In this document: positions 25,385 through 33,385 of the stretch, one piece after another
Numbering within the stretch: the first letter of the stretch is position 1
Layout: each line of letters starts with the position of its first letter
Source: Candidatus Moraniibacteriota bacterium
Lineage (GTDB): Bacteria > Patescibacteriota > Minisyncoccia > Moranbacterales > GCA-2747515
Assembly: GCA_027031945.1 (NCBI GenBank)
Contig: JALVPE010000040.1
Location: 5,771-39,155 of the forward strand
Reading direction: 5' to 3'
DNA length: 33,385 nt
Translations under genes and position numbers: made by a program
The notes under the pieces: model-generated
The model's database searches: none
Told to the model about the DNA's origin: nothing
What the model saw: the letters and a program-made list of their open reading frames with translations, nothing else

Positions 25385-25396
25385 TTATATAATAAT

Positions 25397-25439
25397 AAAA
25401 TCTATAATAATTTATGTTATAGATTTTGGTTTTGTTTTT
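25397..25439 (+). terminator. Rho-independent terminator (AT-rich stem)
   Basis: AAAATCTATAA / TTATAGATTTT form an 11-bp stem (25397-25407 / 25417-25427), followed by GGTTTTGTTTTT. Confidence 0.6.
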
Positions 25440-25453
25440 AATAAAATAAAAAA

Positions 25454-25840
25454 ATGAATGATTTTATAAATAAAAATTATACATATGCACTTATAGGAGC
25501 ATCAGCTAATAAAGAAAAATATGGATACAAAGTGTTGGAAAACTTACTTGAAGCCGGATTTCATGTATTACCGGTTAATCCAAAAGGTGGTAAAATTCTC
25601 CAACAGAAGGTGTATAAAAATATTAAGGATATTTCAACAAGTATTGATGTAGCTATCTTTGTTGTACCACCACAAATTACTCAGGATGTTATCAAAGATG
25701 TATTATTACTTGGTGTACAAAAAGTGTGGTTACAGCCTGGTAGTGAAAATAATGAAGTGATTGATTTTTGTAATAATCATGGTATAAAATGCTATCATAG
25801 TGCGTGTATTATGCTTGAACAATTGAAAAATGTTACATAA
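25454..25840 (+). CDS. CoA-binding domain protein (YccU/YneT-like)
   Basis: 128 aa. YALIGASANKEKYGYKVLENLLEAGFHVLPVNPKGG.I....Y..I.D......VAIFVVPP is the typical CoA_binding_2 pattern. Confidence 0.75.
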   Translation: MNDFINKNYTYALIGASANKEKYGYKVLENLLEAGFHVLPVNPKGGKILQQKVYKNIKDISTSIDVAIFVVPPQITQDVIKDVLLLGVQKVWLQPGSENNEVIDFCNNHGIKCYHSACIMLEQLKNVT

Positions 25841-25861
25841 TTATAATTATGTTGTTTTTTT
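25835..25861 (+). terminator. Weak AT-only hairpin plus T-run overlapping the stop codon
   Basis: ACATAAT-TATA-ATTATGT (25835-25852), followed by TGTTTTTTT. Confidence 0.35.
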
Positions 25862-25880
25862 ATAGATATAGATTTATAAT
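25852..25880 (+). promoter_or_regulatory. Candidate promoter for the GH130 gene pair (TTGTTT-N17-TATAAT)
   Basis: Consensus -10 TATAAT at 25875-25880. A weak -35, TTGTTT at 25852-25857, sits at 17-nt spacing. Confidence 0.4.
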
Positions 25881-25921
25881 GTAATCATATACAAGTCTAT
25901 TCAAAACAATTTATAGTAAAA

Positions 25922-27781
25922 ATGAGAAATAAAAATATTCTTCGTGGTTTAGGTTCTGCGTTGATTGATGATAAAGCTTATATTTTTATATGTAGTGATA
26001 ATGAAATTGGTCATGGTGGGTTTGTGGTGCGTGAGAGTGAGGATGGCATTGTTTTTGAGACAAAAACTTCAAATGCAAAAATAGTAAGTATCAATGGTCC
26101 ATCTGATCACTTCGATAAATATGATTTTTTTCATGTATCAAAAGATGATAAGATGTACTATCTTACGTATAAATTATATGATAAAAAACAATTATGTATT
26201 GCACGATCAAAAAATCTAATTGATTGGGAAAAACGAAGTTCATTAGAGTTAAATGTAAGTAATGCAAAAATTGTCTCAGATTATTTATATGCTGGACGCA
26301 ATGTGATGTATGGAGGCGGTGATGCTTTACGTTTATATGTATCGGAAGATTTTGAAAATTGGAAACGTTCAAAAAAGGATTTGATTACTGTTGCTTGTGA
26401 TGATAATGAGTTGTTGGTTATGGAGGCTCAAATTGTACAAGACGGTGTATTTGTAATGTATGCAGAAGTAGAAAAAGATAAGGGTGTTTTGCAGTATAAA
26501 TTATATGGCGCACTTTTTGATTATGGTGATCCAACAAAATTATTGTGGCAATCAAAAGAACCTATTTATGAAACAAAAAATACAAGAAATAATATAGCGA
26601 CGTTATTTGGTGTGGTAATTTTTGATGAGTACTTTGTGTCGTATTGGAATAATGAGGATGATGAAATGTTTCTCGTGCGACATTTCTATAATCATAGTTC
26701 TGATATTGAGGAATCAGATGAAATGTTAGATATTGTGGATGAACGATTGAATGATGAGATATCAAATGAAATTTCTTTTGAACTTAAACGTTCTAAATCA
26801 AATCCAATTTTGGAACCAAGAACAAGACATGATAGTACTTGGGAGTCTCAAGCAACATATAATCCGACAGCTATTGAAAATGATGGAGTGATACACATAA
26901 TATATAGGGCTGATGGTGATGATATGATGTCGGTGTGGGGGTATGCTTCAACTTTGGATGGTGTAACCATTAAAGACAGATTAACTAATTGTATTTATCA
27001 AAGAAAAACGCCTTCAATAAAGATGCCATTTGCACCGCCAGCATTATATACTTCTGGAAATAACAGAGGTGGTGGGTGCGAGGATCCTCGTGCCGTTTTG
27101 ATTGATGGGACTATATATGTGACTTTTACTGCATTTGATGGATGGAATTCTGTGCGTGTTGGGTTGACATCGATTGATTTTGAGGATTTTAAAAATAAAA
27201 GATGGAAATGGAAAAAAACCGTACTTATTTCACCTCCGGGAGAAATAAATAAGAATTGGGTATTATTTCCGGAAAAAATTGATGGAAAATTCGCAATAAT
27301 GCATAGTTTCACACCTAATATTTTGATTGATTACTTTGATAGTTTAGATGAGTTAGATGGACATACATTTATAAATAGCAATAATACAAGACCAATTGAC
27401 CCATCACGCAAATGGGATAGTTGGTTTCGTGGTGTTGGACCGGCACCACTAAAAACTAATGATGGGTGGCTTGTATTTTATCATGCAATGGATCATAATA
27501 AGCCGGATCGTTATCGACTAGGAGCATTACTTCTTGATTTAAATGATCCAACACAGGAATTATATAGATCACAAGGTCCAATTTTGGAACCGGAGGAGCA
27601 ATATGAAAATGAAGGACATAAATGGGGTGTAATATATTCTTGTGGTGCAGTCATAAAAGATGGACAAGTATTTGTGTATTATGGAGGAGCTGACAAATTT
27701 GTATGTGTAGCAACAGCACCTTTGCAGCAACTTTTAGATAGTTTGAAACAAAATACTGATTTTAGGATGCTAATAAATTAA
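25922..27781 (+). CDS. Two-domain protein: degenerate N-terminal beta-propeller-like domain plus C-terminal GH130/DUF377 glycoside phosphorylase-like domain
   Basis: 619 aa. From about residue 295: NPILEP...WESQATYNPTAIENDGVIHIIYRA ... GGGCEDPRAVLIDGTIYVTFTAFDG ... KNWVLFPEKIDGKFAIMH ... RLGALLLDLNDP ... VIYSCGAVIKDGQVFVYYGGAD. The N-terminal ~290 aa repeat the strand pattern (DKMYYLTY, NLIDWEK) but lack the CEDPR motif. No signal peptide. Confidence 0.8.
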   Translation: MRNKNILRGLGSALIDDKAYIFICSDNEIGHGGFVVRESEDGIVFETKTSNAKIVSINGPSDHFDKYDFFHVSKDDKMYYLTYKLYDKKQLCIARSKNLIDWEKRSSLELNVSNAKIVSDYLYAGRNVMYGGGDALRLYVSEDFENWKRSKKDLITVACDDNELLVMEAQIVQDGVFVMYAEVEKDKGVLQYKLYGALFDYGDPTKLLWQSKEPIYETKNTRNNIATLFGVVIFDEYFVSYWNNEDDEMFLVRHFYNHSSDIEESDEMLDIVDERLNDEISNEISFELKRSKSNPILEPRTRHDSTWESQATYNPTAIENDGVIHIIYRADGDDMMSVWGYASTLDGVTIKDRLTNCIYQRKTPSIKMPFAPPALYTSGNNRGGGCEDPRAVLIDGTIYVTFTAFDGWNSVRVGLTSIDFEDFKNKRWKWKKTVLISPPGEINKNWVLFPEKIDGKFAIMHSFTPNILIDYFDSLDELDGHTFINSNNTRPIDPSRKWDSWFRGVGPAPLKTNDGWLVFYHAMDHNKPDRYRLGALLLDLNDPTQELYRSQGPILEPEEQYENEGHKWGVIYSCGAVIKDGQVFVYYGGADKFVCVATAPLQQLLDSLKQNTDFRMLIN

Positions 27782-27791
27782 TTAAAATATT

Positions 27792-29741
27792 ATGAATTGT
27801 AAAGATATTAAAATAAGACGTTATCCAAATAATCCTATTTTGGGTCCGGACAGAACACATCCATGGGAAGCTCAAGCGGTTTTTAACGGTTGTCCTCTTA
27901 AGGATGAGAGTGGATATCACTTACTTTATAGAGCATTATCTTTTAAAGAAAAATATAAAGATCAAACGATGGAACTTTCAACTATTGGTTATGTACATAG
28001 TGAGGATGGATACAATTTTACATCTGAGCGTACACAACTTATAAAGCCTGAAAAAGAATGGGAGAAATATGGCTGCGAGGATCCTAGAGTGACAAAAATT
28101 GATGATAAATATTATATTACTTATACAGCTCTTTCAGATTTTCCACATTCGCCAGATGGCATAAGGATTGCTGTTGCAATCACAAAAGATTTTAAAACTA
28201 TTGAATCAAAGCATTTGGTAACGGATTTTAATTCAAAAGCAATGGTTATTTTTCCAGAGCGTATAAACGGGAAAATAGTTGCAATGTTTACAATGAACAC
28301 AGATAATCCACCGGTCAAAATTATGGTTGCGGAACTTGATACGCCAGAACAACTGTGGGATAGAGAATATTGGGTACAATGGAAAAAAAATATGGATAAC
28401 CACACTCTACATTTTCAGCGTTCACTTGATGATCATATAGAAGTGGGCACGCCTCCACTTAAGACAGAGGATGGCTGGTTAATTATGTATTCATATATTA
28501 GAAATTATAGAACAGATCATCCGATTTTTGGCATTGAAACTGCATTGCTTGAGTTGGATAATCCTGTGAATGTTATCGGTAGAAGTATTAAACCACTAAT
28601 TAAACCGGAAGAAATATATGAGCAATACGGTGTTGTGCCGAGGATTACATTTCCTTCAGGATTGGTAAGAAATGAAGATGAATTGAGATTGTATTATGGA
28701 GCTGCAGACACGGTATGTGCCGTTGCTACATTGTCACTAAAAGAATTACTGGATTTTATTAAACTAAAAGATAGTGAAGAATGTAAAGATGAGAGTGAAG
28801 ATAGAATCGAATTTGAACGGTTCGAAGGAAATCCAATCTTAGAACCAACACATAATGGAAATTGGGAGTCAAAATATGTTTTAAATCCTACAGCTATCTA
28901 TGATAATGGTAAAGTGCATATATTATATCGTGCACAAAATGATGATGATACATCAGTTATTGGATATGCTCAAACAAAAGATGGTTTTCACATTACAAAA
29001 AAAAGTGATAAGCCAATTTATGTACCACGTATCCCAGAAGAAATTCGTGAAGAGCCAGGTTTTTCTGGTTGTGAAGATGCGCGTATTACAGGGATTAATG
29101 ACAGATTTTACATGTGTTATACAGCGTATAATGGACATGGTCCTGCACGTGTTGCATTTACGTCAATTTCCAAAAGTGATTTCCGTGCTGAAAAATGGAA
29201 AAATTGGACTGTACCGATACTTATCTCACCAGAAGGAATGGATGATAAAAATGCATGTCTTGTATCGGAAGAAATAAATGGTAAATACGCCTTTTTCCAT
29301 AGACTTAAGCATACTATTTGGTTGGATTTTGTAGAGGATCTTGATTTTAAAAATGGTCGTACGCTTGGTGGACGTAGTATAATGTGTTCAAGACCAGATT
29401 CATGGGATAGTGAAAAAGTTGGAATTGCTGGACCACCAATAAAAGTAGAAAACGAATGGTTATTAATTTATCATGCTCTTTCCAGTCATGATGGTCAATA
29501 TAGACTTGGTGCTGCTATGTTTGATTTAAATAAAAGCGAGTTAACAGCACGTCTAGATTATCCAATACTTGAACCAAAAGCCGAATATGAAAATAAAGGA
29601 TTACGACCCGGAACAGTATTTTCTTGTGGTTCTGTACTTATGGGAGATGATCTCTATATATATTATGGAGGTGCAGATGAGGTGGTTTGTGCTGCAAAAA
29701 TAGAATTTCAGGGACTTGTTGACGCATTAAAAAAGCAATAA
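27792..29741 (+). CDS. Tandem double GH130/DUF377 glycoside phosphorylase-like protein
   Basis: 649 aa holding two complete copies of the family pattern. Copy 1: NPILGPDRTHPWEAQAVFNGCP..GYHLLYRA...GCEDPRVTKIDDKYYITYTA...RLYYGAAD. Copy 2: NPILEPTHNGNWESKYVLNPTAIYDNGKVHILYRA...GCEDARITGINDRFYMCYTAYNG...LYIYYGGAD. It starts 10 nt after the previous gene. Confidence 0.85.
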   Translation: MNCKDIKIRRYPNNPILGPDRTHPWEAQAVFNGCPLKDESGYHLLYRALSFKEKYKDQTMELSTIGYVHSEDGYNFTSERTQLIKPEKEWEKYGCEDPRVTKIDDKYYITYTALSDFPHSPDGIRIAVAITKDFKTIESKHLVTDFNSKAMVIFPERINGKIVAMFTMNTDNPPVKIMVAELDTPEQLWDREYWVQWKKNMDNHTLHFQRSLDDHIEVGTPPLKTEDGWLIMYSYIRNYRTDHPIFGIETALLELDNPVNVIGRSIKPLIKPEEIYEQYGVVPRITFPSGLVRNEDELRLYYGAADTVCAVATLSLKELLDFIKLKDSEECKDESEDRIEFERFEGNPILEPTHNGNWESKYVLNPTAIYDNGKVHILYRAQNDDDTSVIGYAQTKDGFHITKKSDKPIYVPRIPEEIREEPGFSGCEDARITGINDRFYMCYTAYNGHGPARVAFTSISKSDFRAEKWKNWTVPILISPEGMDDKNACLVSEEINGKYAFFHRLKHTIWLDFVEDLDFKNGRTLGGRSIMCSRPDSWDSEKVGIAGPPIKVENEWLLIYHALSSHDGQYRLGAAMFDLNKSELTARLDYPILEPKAEYENKGLRPGTVFSCGSVLMGDDLYIYYGGADEVVCAAKIEFQGLVDALKKQ

Positions 29742-29797
29742 AATATTGAGTTTTAATTTTTTTAGACAATGTGGAAAAATTTATAATCTAATTTTTC

Positions 29798-29826
29798 TTG
29801 ACCTTGTGGGATTTTTATTGTACATT
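29798..29826 (+). promoter_or_regulatory. Candidate typA promoter (TTGACC-N17-TACATT)
   Basis: TTGACC at 29798-29803, a 17-nt spacer, then TACATT at 29821-29826. It sits about 55 nt upstream of the ATG at 29883. Confidence 0.5.
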
Positions 29827-29882
29827 AGGTAAATGTCCGCATTTTTTGCGCGGTTTTGTTTTTGAAATTATTTTTTATAATT

Positions 29883-31661
29883 ATGGATATTAGAAATATT
29901 GCAATTATTGCACATGTTGATCATGGTAAGACCACCATTACTGATGCTTTAATGGAACAAACGGGCGCATCATTTGATGGAAGTATGGATAGTGATTCTA
30001 TCGAGCAAGAGCGTGGGATTACGATTTATGCGAAAAATACAGCAGTAAAATATAAAGGAACAAAAATCAATATCGTAGACACTCCTGGACACGCTGATTT
30101 TGGCAGTGAAGTTGAACGTGTACTTCGATCAATTGACAGTGTCGTGTTAGTTGTAGATGCTCAAGAAGGTCCTATGCCACAAACCAGATTTGTTTTGAAG
30201 AAGTCGTTGGAAATAGGACATAAACCGCTTGTGGTTATAAATAAAATTGATAAACCAGCAGCTAGACTTGGTGAAGTTGAAGAAGAAATTTACGAATTGT
30301 TTTTAGATTTGGGAGCCAGTGATGAACAATTGGATTTTAATGTTATTTATTCAATTGCCAGAGAGGGAATCGCAAAAAATAATCCAGAAGATGATAGTGA
30401 AGATATGACACCCCTCCTTGACGCTATAATTGAACATGTGGAAGTTGCTCCAAATGATACTGAAGCACCTTTTAGATTACAATCTTTTTCGCTTGCTTAT
30501 GATGATTTTTTGGGACGGATGGCAGTTGCTCGTATTTATGAAGGTAAAGTTGGAGTTGGTCCTGTTTTTGTAAAAGCACAGAATAAGAAAACAAGACAAT
30601 CAAAGATTATAAAACTTTTGACGTTTGAAGGAATTGAAAAGAAAGAAGTATCTGAGGCAGTTGCAGGAGATATAGTTATGATTGCCGGAATTGATGATAT
30701 AGATATTGGTGAAACTATTTGTGAAAATGAAGATGCAGAAATTTTACCGGCTATTACAGTTGATGAACCTACAATTTCATTGGAATTTTTGGTTAATGAT
30801 TCTCCATTTGCAGGTCAAGAAGGTAAATTTGTTACTAGAGAGCAGATTCGTGAAAGATTGGAAAGAGAACTTGAAGTTAATGTTGGATTAAAAGTTGATT
30901 TTGGAGGAGAAAATTTTGTAGTCTCCGGTCGTGGTGAGTTACATATTGCAGTACTTTTGGAAAATATGCGTAGAGAAGGATTTGAAGTTGCAGTCTCACG
31001 ACCTCATGTAATTATAAAAGAAGTTGATGGCGTGAAACAAGAGCCATTTGAAGAAGTGACCATTACAGTTCCGGAAGAGTATTCTGGCACAATCATTGAA
31101 AAACTTGGGAAACGAAAAGGCGTGATGACAGATATGAAGCATAATCAAGATGGAGTTAGAATGCTTTTTGAGATACCTACGCGCGGAATACTTGGGTACA
31201 GAAATGAGTTTGTTGTTGATACAAAGGGAGAGGGTATATTGTCAACGCGATTTTTAGAATTTCGTCCGTTTGTTGGTGAAATTAAGAGACGGTCAGTTGG
31301 GTCAATGATATCAGGAGAAACTGGAAAAGCACTTGGTTTTTCATTGGCAAATTTACAACAACGAGGTGCTTTATATATTGGGGCAAGTACACAAGTATAT
31401 CAAGGTCAAGTAATTGGAAACACATCAAAAGGAGATGAAATGACAGTAAACCCAATAAAAGGAAAACATCTTACAAATATGCGAGCAAGTGGAAGTGATG
31501 ATGCATTAAATCTTACACCACCGATTCCAATAACAATTGAAAAGGGTATGGAGATAATGTCAGATGATGAATATTTAGAAATTACACCAAAAAATGTACG
31601 ATTGCGAAAAAAATATTTAACAGAAAATGATCGCATTAAAGCAAATCGTAAAAGTGTATAA
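29883..31661 (+). CDS. typA: Translational GTPase TypA/BipA
   Basis: The ORF track opens at TTG 29856; the canonical N-terminus [18 protein letters not shown] starts at ATG 29883. Has DTPGHADF and NKIDK, and a BipA-type C-terminal domain ([18 protein letters not shown]). Confidence 0.9.
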   Translation: MDIRNIAIIAHVDHGKTTITDALMEQTGASFDGSMDSDSIEQERGITIYAKNTAVKYKGTKINIVDTPGHADFGSEVERVLRSIDSVVLVVDAQEGPMPQTRFVLKKSLEIGHKPLVVINKIDKPAARLGEVEEEIYELFLDLGASDEQLDFNVIYSIAREGIAKNNPEDDSEDMTPLLDAIIEHVEVAPNDTEAPFRLQSFSLAYDDFLGRMAVARIYEGKVGVGPVFVKAQNKKTRQSKIIKLLTFEGIEKKEVSEAVAGDIVMIAGIDDIDIGETICENEDAEILPAITVDEPTISLEFLVNDSPFAGQEGKFVTREQIRERLERELEVNVGLKVDFGGENFVVSGRGELHIAVLLENMRREGFEVAVSRPHVIIKEVDGVKQEPFEEVTITVPEEYSGTIIEKLGKRKGVMTDMKHNQDGVRMLFEIPTRGILGYRNEFVVDTKGEGILSTRFLEFRPFVGEIKRRSVGSMISGETGKALGFSLANLQQRGALYIGASTQVYQGQVIGNTSKGDEMTVNPIKGKHLTNMRASGSDDALNLTPPIPITIEKGMEIMSDDEYLEITPKNVRLRKKYLTENDRIKANRKSV

Positions 31662-31715
31662 AATTAACCGTACTTACATTTAATAATATAATTCAAGTAA
31701 TTTACTTGTTTAATA

Positions 31716-31748
31716 AACTTGCCTGTCCGATGGGCAGGTTTATTTGTG
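31716..31748 (+). terminator. Terminator after typA
   Basis: AAACUUGCCU / GGGCAGGUUU form a 10-bp stem with two G-U pairs (31716-31725 / 31732-31741), followed by AUUUGUGUAUUU. Confidence 0.6.
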
Positions 31749-31936
31749 TATTTAATATTTCGGACAGGCATATAGACATTTTGTACTTATAAAATAATAT
31801 TTTTTGGAACAAATGATAAAAAATACGAATAGCAGGGTATTTTTGAAGTTTTTTGTTTAATAGCATTTGGTGTGGGTAGCAATTTATGAATAAAACATGT
31901 ATAATAAAGAAAAAAATAAACATTATATATATTCAC

Positions 31937-33385
31937 ATGCCTTACAATAATAAAAAAAATATACACTTCTTTACGAAATCAATTATACACCTGTACATTG
32001 TTTGTATAATCTTGTTCACAAGTGTACTATTCCTTATTCCACACAATACATTTGCAGCACCAACGGATGATTTTGTAATAACAGTTAAAACAGATAATAC
32101 CGGCTCTTCATCCAATACTCAATTTACCATTCCAACAACCGGAGGAGGATACAACTACAATGTAGATTGTGACAATGATGGATTTAATGAGGCAACAGCT
32201 CAAACAGGAAATTATACCTGTAATTATGGTAGTGCCGGAACTTATACCATCAGAATTAAAGATAATAGTGGGGCAAAGACGGGATTTCCAAGAATTTACT
32301 TTAACAACACCGGAGACAGACAAAAAATCCTTAGCGTCAATCAATGGGGAACGGGAATTTGGACTTCAATGGCCAATGCTTTTTATGGTTGTTCCAATTT
32401 AAATTCTGCCACAGCTATAAATAATGGTGGTGGAGCGGTTCCTAATTGGGCAACAGATAGTCCTGATTTGTCCAATGTGACAAGTATGCAAAGAATATTT
32501 TCCGGAGCTTCTACTTTTAATCAAGATATTAGTTCTTGGAATACAGCCAATGCAACGGATATGTCATCAATGTTTGATGGTGCGTCTGCTTTCAATCAAA
32601 ATATCGGTTCTTGGGATACCTCCAATGTGACAGATATGGAAGGAATGTTTGTTGGTGCCTCTACCTTCAACCAAGACATTAGCTCTTGGAATACTTCTAA
32701 TGTAGCAAGCATGTCATATATGTTTTCTCATGCCTCTACTTTCAACCAAGACATCAGCTCTTGGAATACTTCTAGTGTGACGGATATGTCATATATGTTT
32801 GCTAACTCCCATGATTTCAATCAAGACATCGGCTCATGGAATACGTCTAATGTAACGAATATGCGTGCTATGTTTCAATATGCCTCCACCTTTAACCAAA
32901 ATATTGGCTCTTGGCATACATCCAATGTTACAGATATGTCATATATGTTTGACTCCGCCTCCGATTTCAATCAAGATATCGGTCTTTGGAATACTGGTAA
33001 TGTGACAACTATGCGTAGTATGTTTAATGTGGCACAATCTTTTGATCAAGACATTAATTCCTGGAACACTTCTAGTGTGACAGATATGTCATATATGTTT
33101 ACTAATTCCCATGATTTTAATCAAAATATCAACTCTTGGGATACTTCTAGCGTGAATAATATGTCATATATGTTTTACAATGCTTCTGCTTTCAATCAGG
33201 ATATTGGTGCTTGGGATACTTCCAGTGTAACAGATATGTCAGAAATGTTTCGTTCTGCCAATGCTTTTGATCAAAGTTTAGGTTCTTGGGATGTAAGACA
33301 AGTAACTGATATGACAAATATGTTTACTAATTCCGGCATGTCTACCACCAGTTATGATGGTACTTTGATTGGTTGGGATTCCTTC
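31937..33385 (+). CDS. BspA-family/DUF285 repeat surface protein with N-terminal signal peptide; runs off the window
   Basis: Not in the ORF track (open-ended). Hand translation from ATG 31937: MPYNNKKNIHFFTKSIIHLYIVCIILFTSVLFLIPHNTFA/APTDDFVITVKTDNTGSSSNTQFTIPTTGGGYNYNVDCDNDG...GTYTIRIKDN...FPRIYFNNTGDRQKILSVNQWGTGIWTSMANAFYGCSNL. Repeats of W(N/D)TS.VT.M..MF..A..FNQ.I follow. The frame stays open for all 483 codons to the window end. Confidence 0.85.
   Translation, partial: MPYNNKKNIHFFTKSIIHLYIVCIILFTSVLFLIPHNTFAAPTDDFVITVKTDNTGSSSNTQFTIPTTGGGYNYNVDCDNDGFNEATAQTGNYTCNYGSAGTYTIRIKDNSGAKTGFPRIYFNNTGDRQKILSVNQWGTGIWTSMANAFYGCSNLNSATAINNGGGAVPNWATDSPDLSNVTSMQRIFSGASTFNQDISSWNTANATDMSSMFDGASAFNQNIGSWDTSNVTDMEGMFVGASTFNQDISSWNTSNVASMSYMFSHASTFNQDISSWNTSSVTDMSYMFANSHDFNQDIGSWNTSNVTNMRAMFQYASTFNQNIGSWHTSNVTDMSYMFDSASDFNQDIGLWNTGNVTTMRSMFNVAQSFDQDINSWNTSSVTDMSYMFTNSHDFNQNINSWDTSSVNNMSYMFYNASAFNQDIGAWDTSSVTDMSEMFRSANAFDQSLGSWDVRQVTDMTNMFTNSGMSTTSYDGTLIGWDSF
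32471..33370 (+). repeat. 12 tandem 75-nt (25-aa) coding repeats of the DUF285/BspA type
   Basis: The (T/A)C(C/T)A(A/G)TGT(G/A)AC core recurs at 32471, 32546, 32621, 32696, 32771, 32846, 32921, 32996, 33071, 33146, 33221 and 33296, an exact 75-nt period. The ATATGTCATATATGTTT block also recurs. Confidence 0.9.

Noticed and set aside
29836-29865. Hairpin plus T-run in the typA leader (CCGCATTTTTTGCGCGGTTTTGTTTTT) as an attenuator
   Set aside because: Only 4 bp of stem are possible in either register, which is too weak to call.
31702-31923. 73-aa minus-strand ORF between typA and the BspA-like gene
   Set aside because: It is a low-complexity F/I/L/K-rich product of AT-rich intergenic DNA. It has no SD and overlaps the typA terminator region.
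32471-33370. Regular 75-nt repeats considered as a CRISPR array or satellite
   Set aside because: There are no unique spacers. The repeats are in frame in a single open reading frame and encode the DUF285/BspA 25-aa unit.
1-33385. Alternative genetic code (UGA or UAG recoding), inteins, CRISPR arrays, IS elements or prophage content
   Set aside because: All conserved genes (rpoB, rpoC, sufB, dxs, typA) are uninterrupted and of normal length under the standard code. I saw no repeat-spacer arrays, transposase, integrase or phage structural genes in any frame.

Overview
This is an AT-rich (roughly one third G+C by eye), tightly packed bacterial chromosomal segment. All long ORFs read through under the standard bacterial code. 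Most of the window is housekeeping. The SUF Fe-S machinery is split into two loci: sufS-sufU-DUF59 at 1-1968, and GIY-YIG-sufC-sufB-short sufD at 21401-24324. Other core genes are dxs, a SpoU/TrmH methyltransferase, a YgjP-like metallohydrolase, a minus-strand smpB-ssrA(tmRNA)-infC-rpmI-rplT block, rpoB-rpoC, tRNA-Ser(UGA), a CoA-binding protein and typA/bipA. The tmRNA is not in the ORF track; I found it by eye, antisense to a spurious 122-aa ORF. Small orphan cassettes sit between these genes (2134-2804, 5863-7246, 8105-8524, 11308-12023, 20850-21374, 24602-25384). There is also a membrane-anchored thioredoxin-fold protein with a CPYG motif, and two adjacent genes that each fuse two GH130/DUF377 beta-propeller domains. 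At the 3' edge lies a signal-peptide-bearing BspA/DUF285-type repeat surface protein with at least 12 exact 75-nt coding repeats. Many sigma70-like promoters and hairpin terminators are readable directly. I saw no CRISPR array, transposase, integrase, prophage genes, rRNA or inteins. The small genes, the minimal SufD and TsaB-like proteins, and the GH130 and DUF285 content suggest a reduced-genome organism, possibly Patescibacteria/CPR-like, but that is inference only. I cannot point to a clearly novel multi-gene system. The best candidates for follow-up are the fused double-GH130 pair, the self-contained orphan cassettes, the 212-bp inverted-repeat-bounded non-coding element at 8627-8838, and the GC-rich hairpin/GIY-YIG junction beside tRNA-Ser. 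All homology calls come from motif recognition by eye, not from searches.
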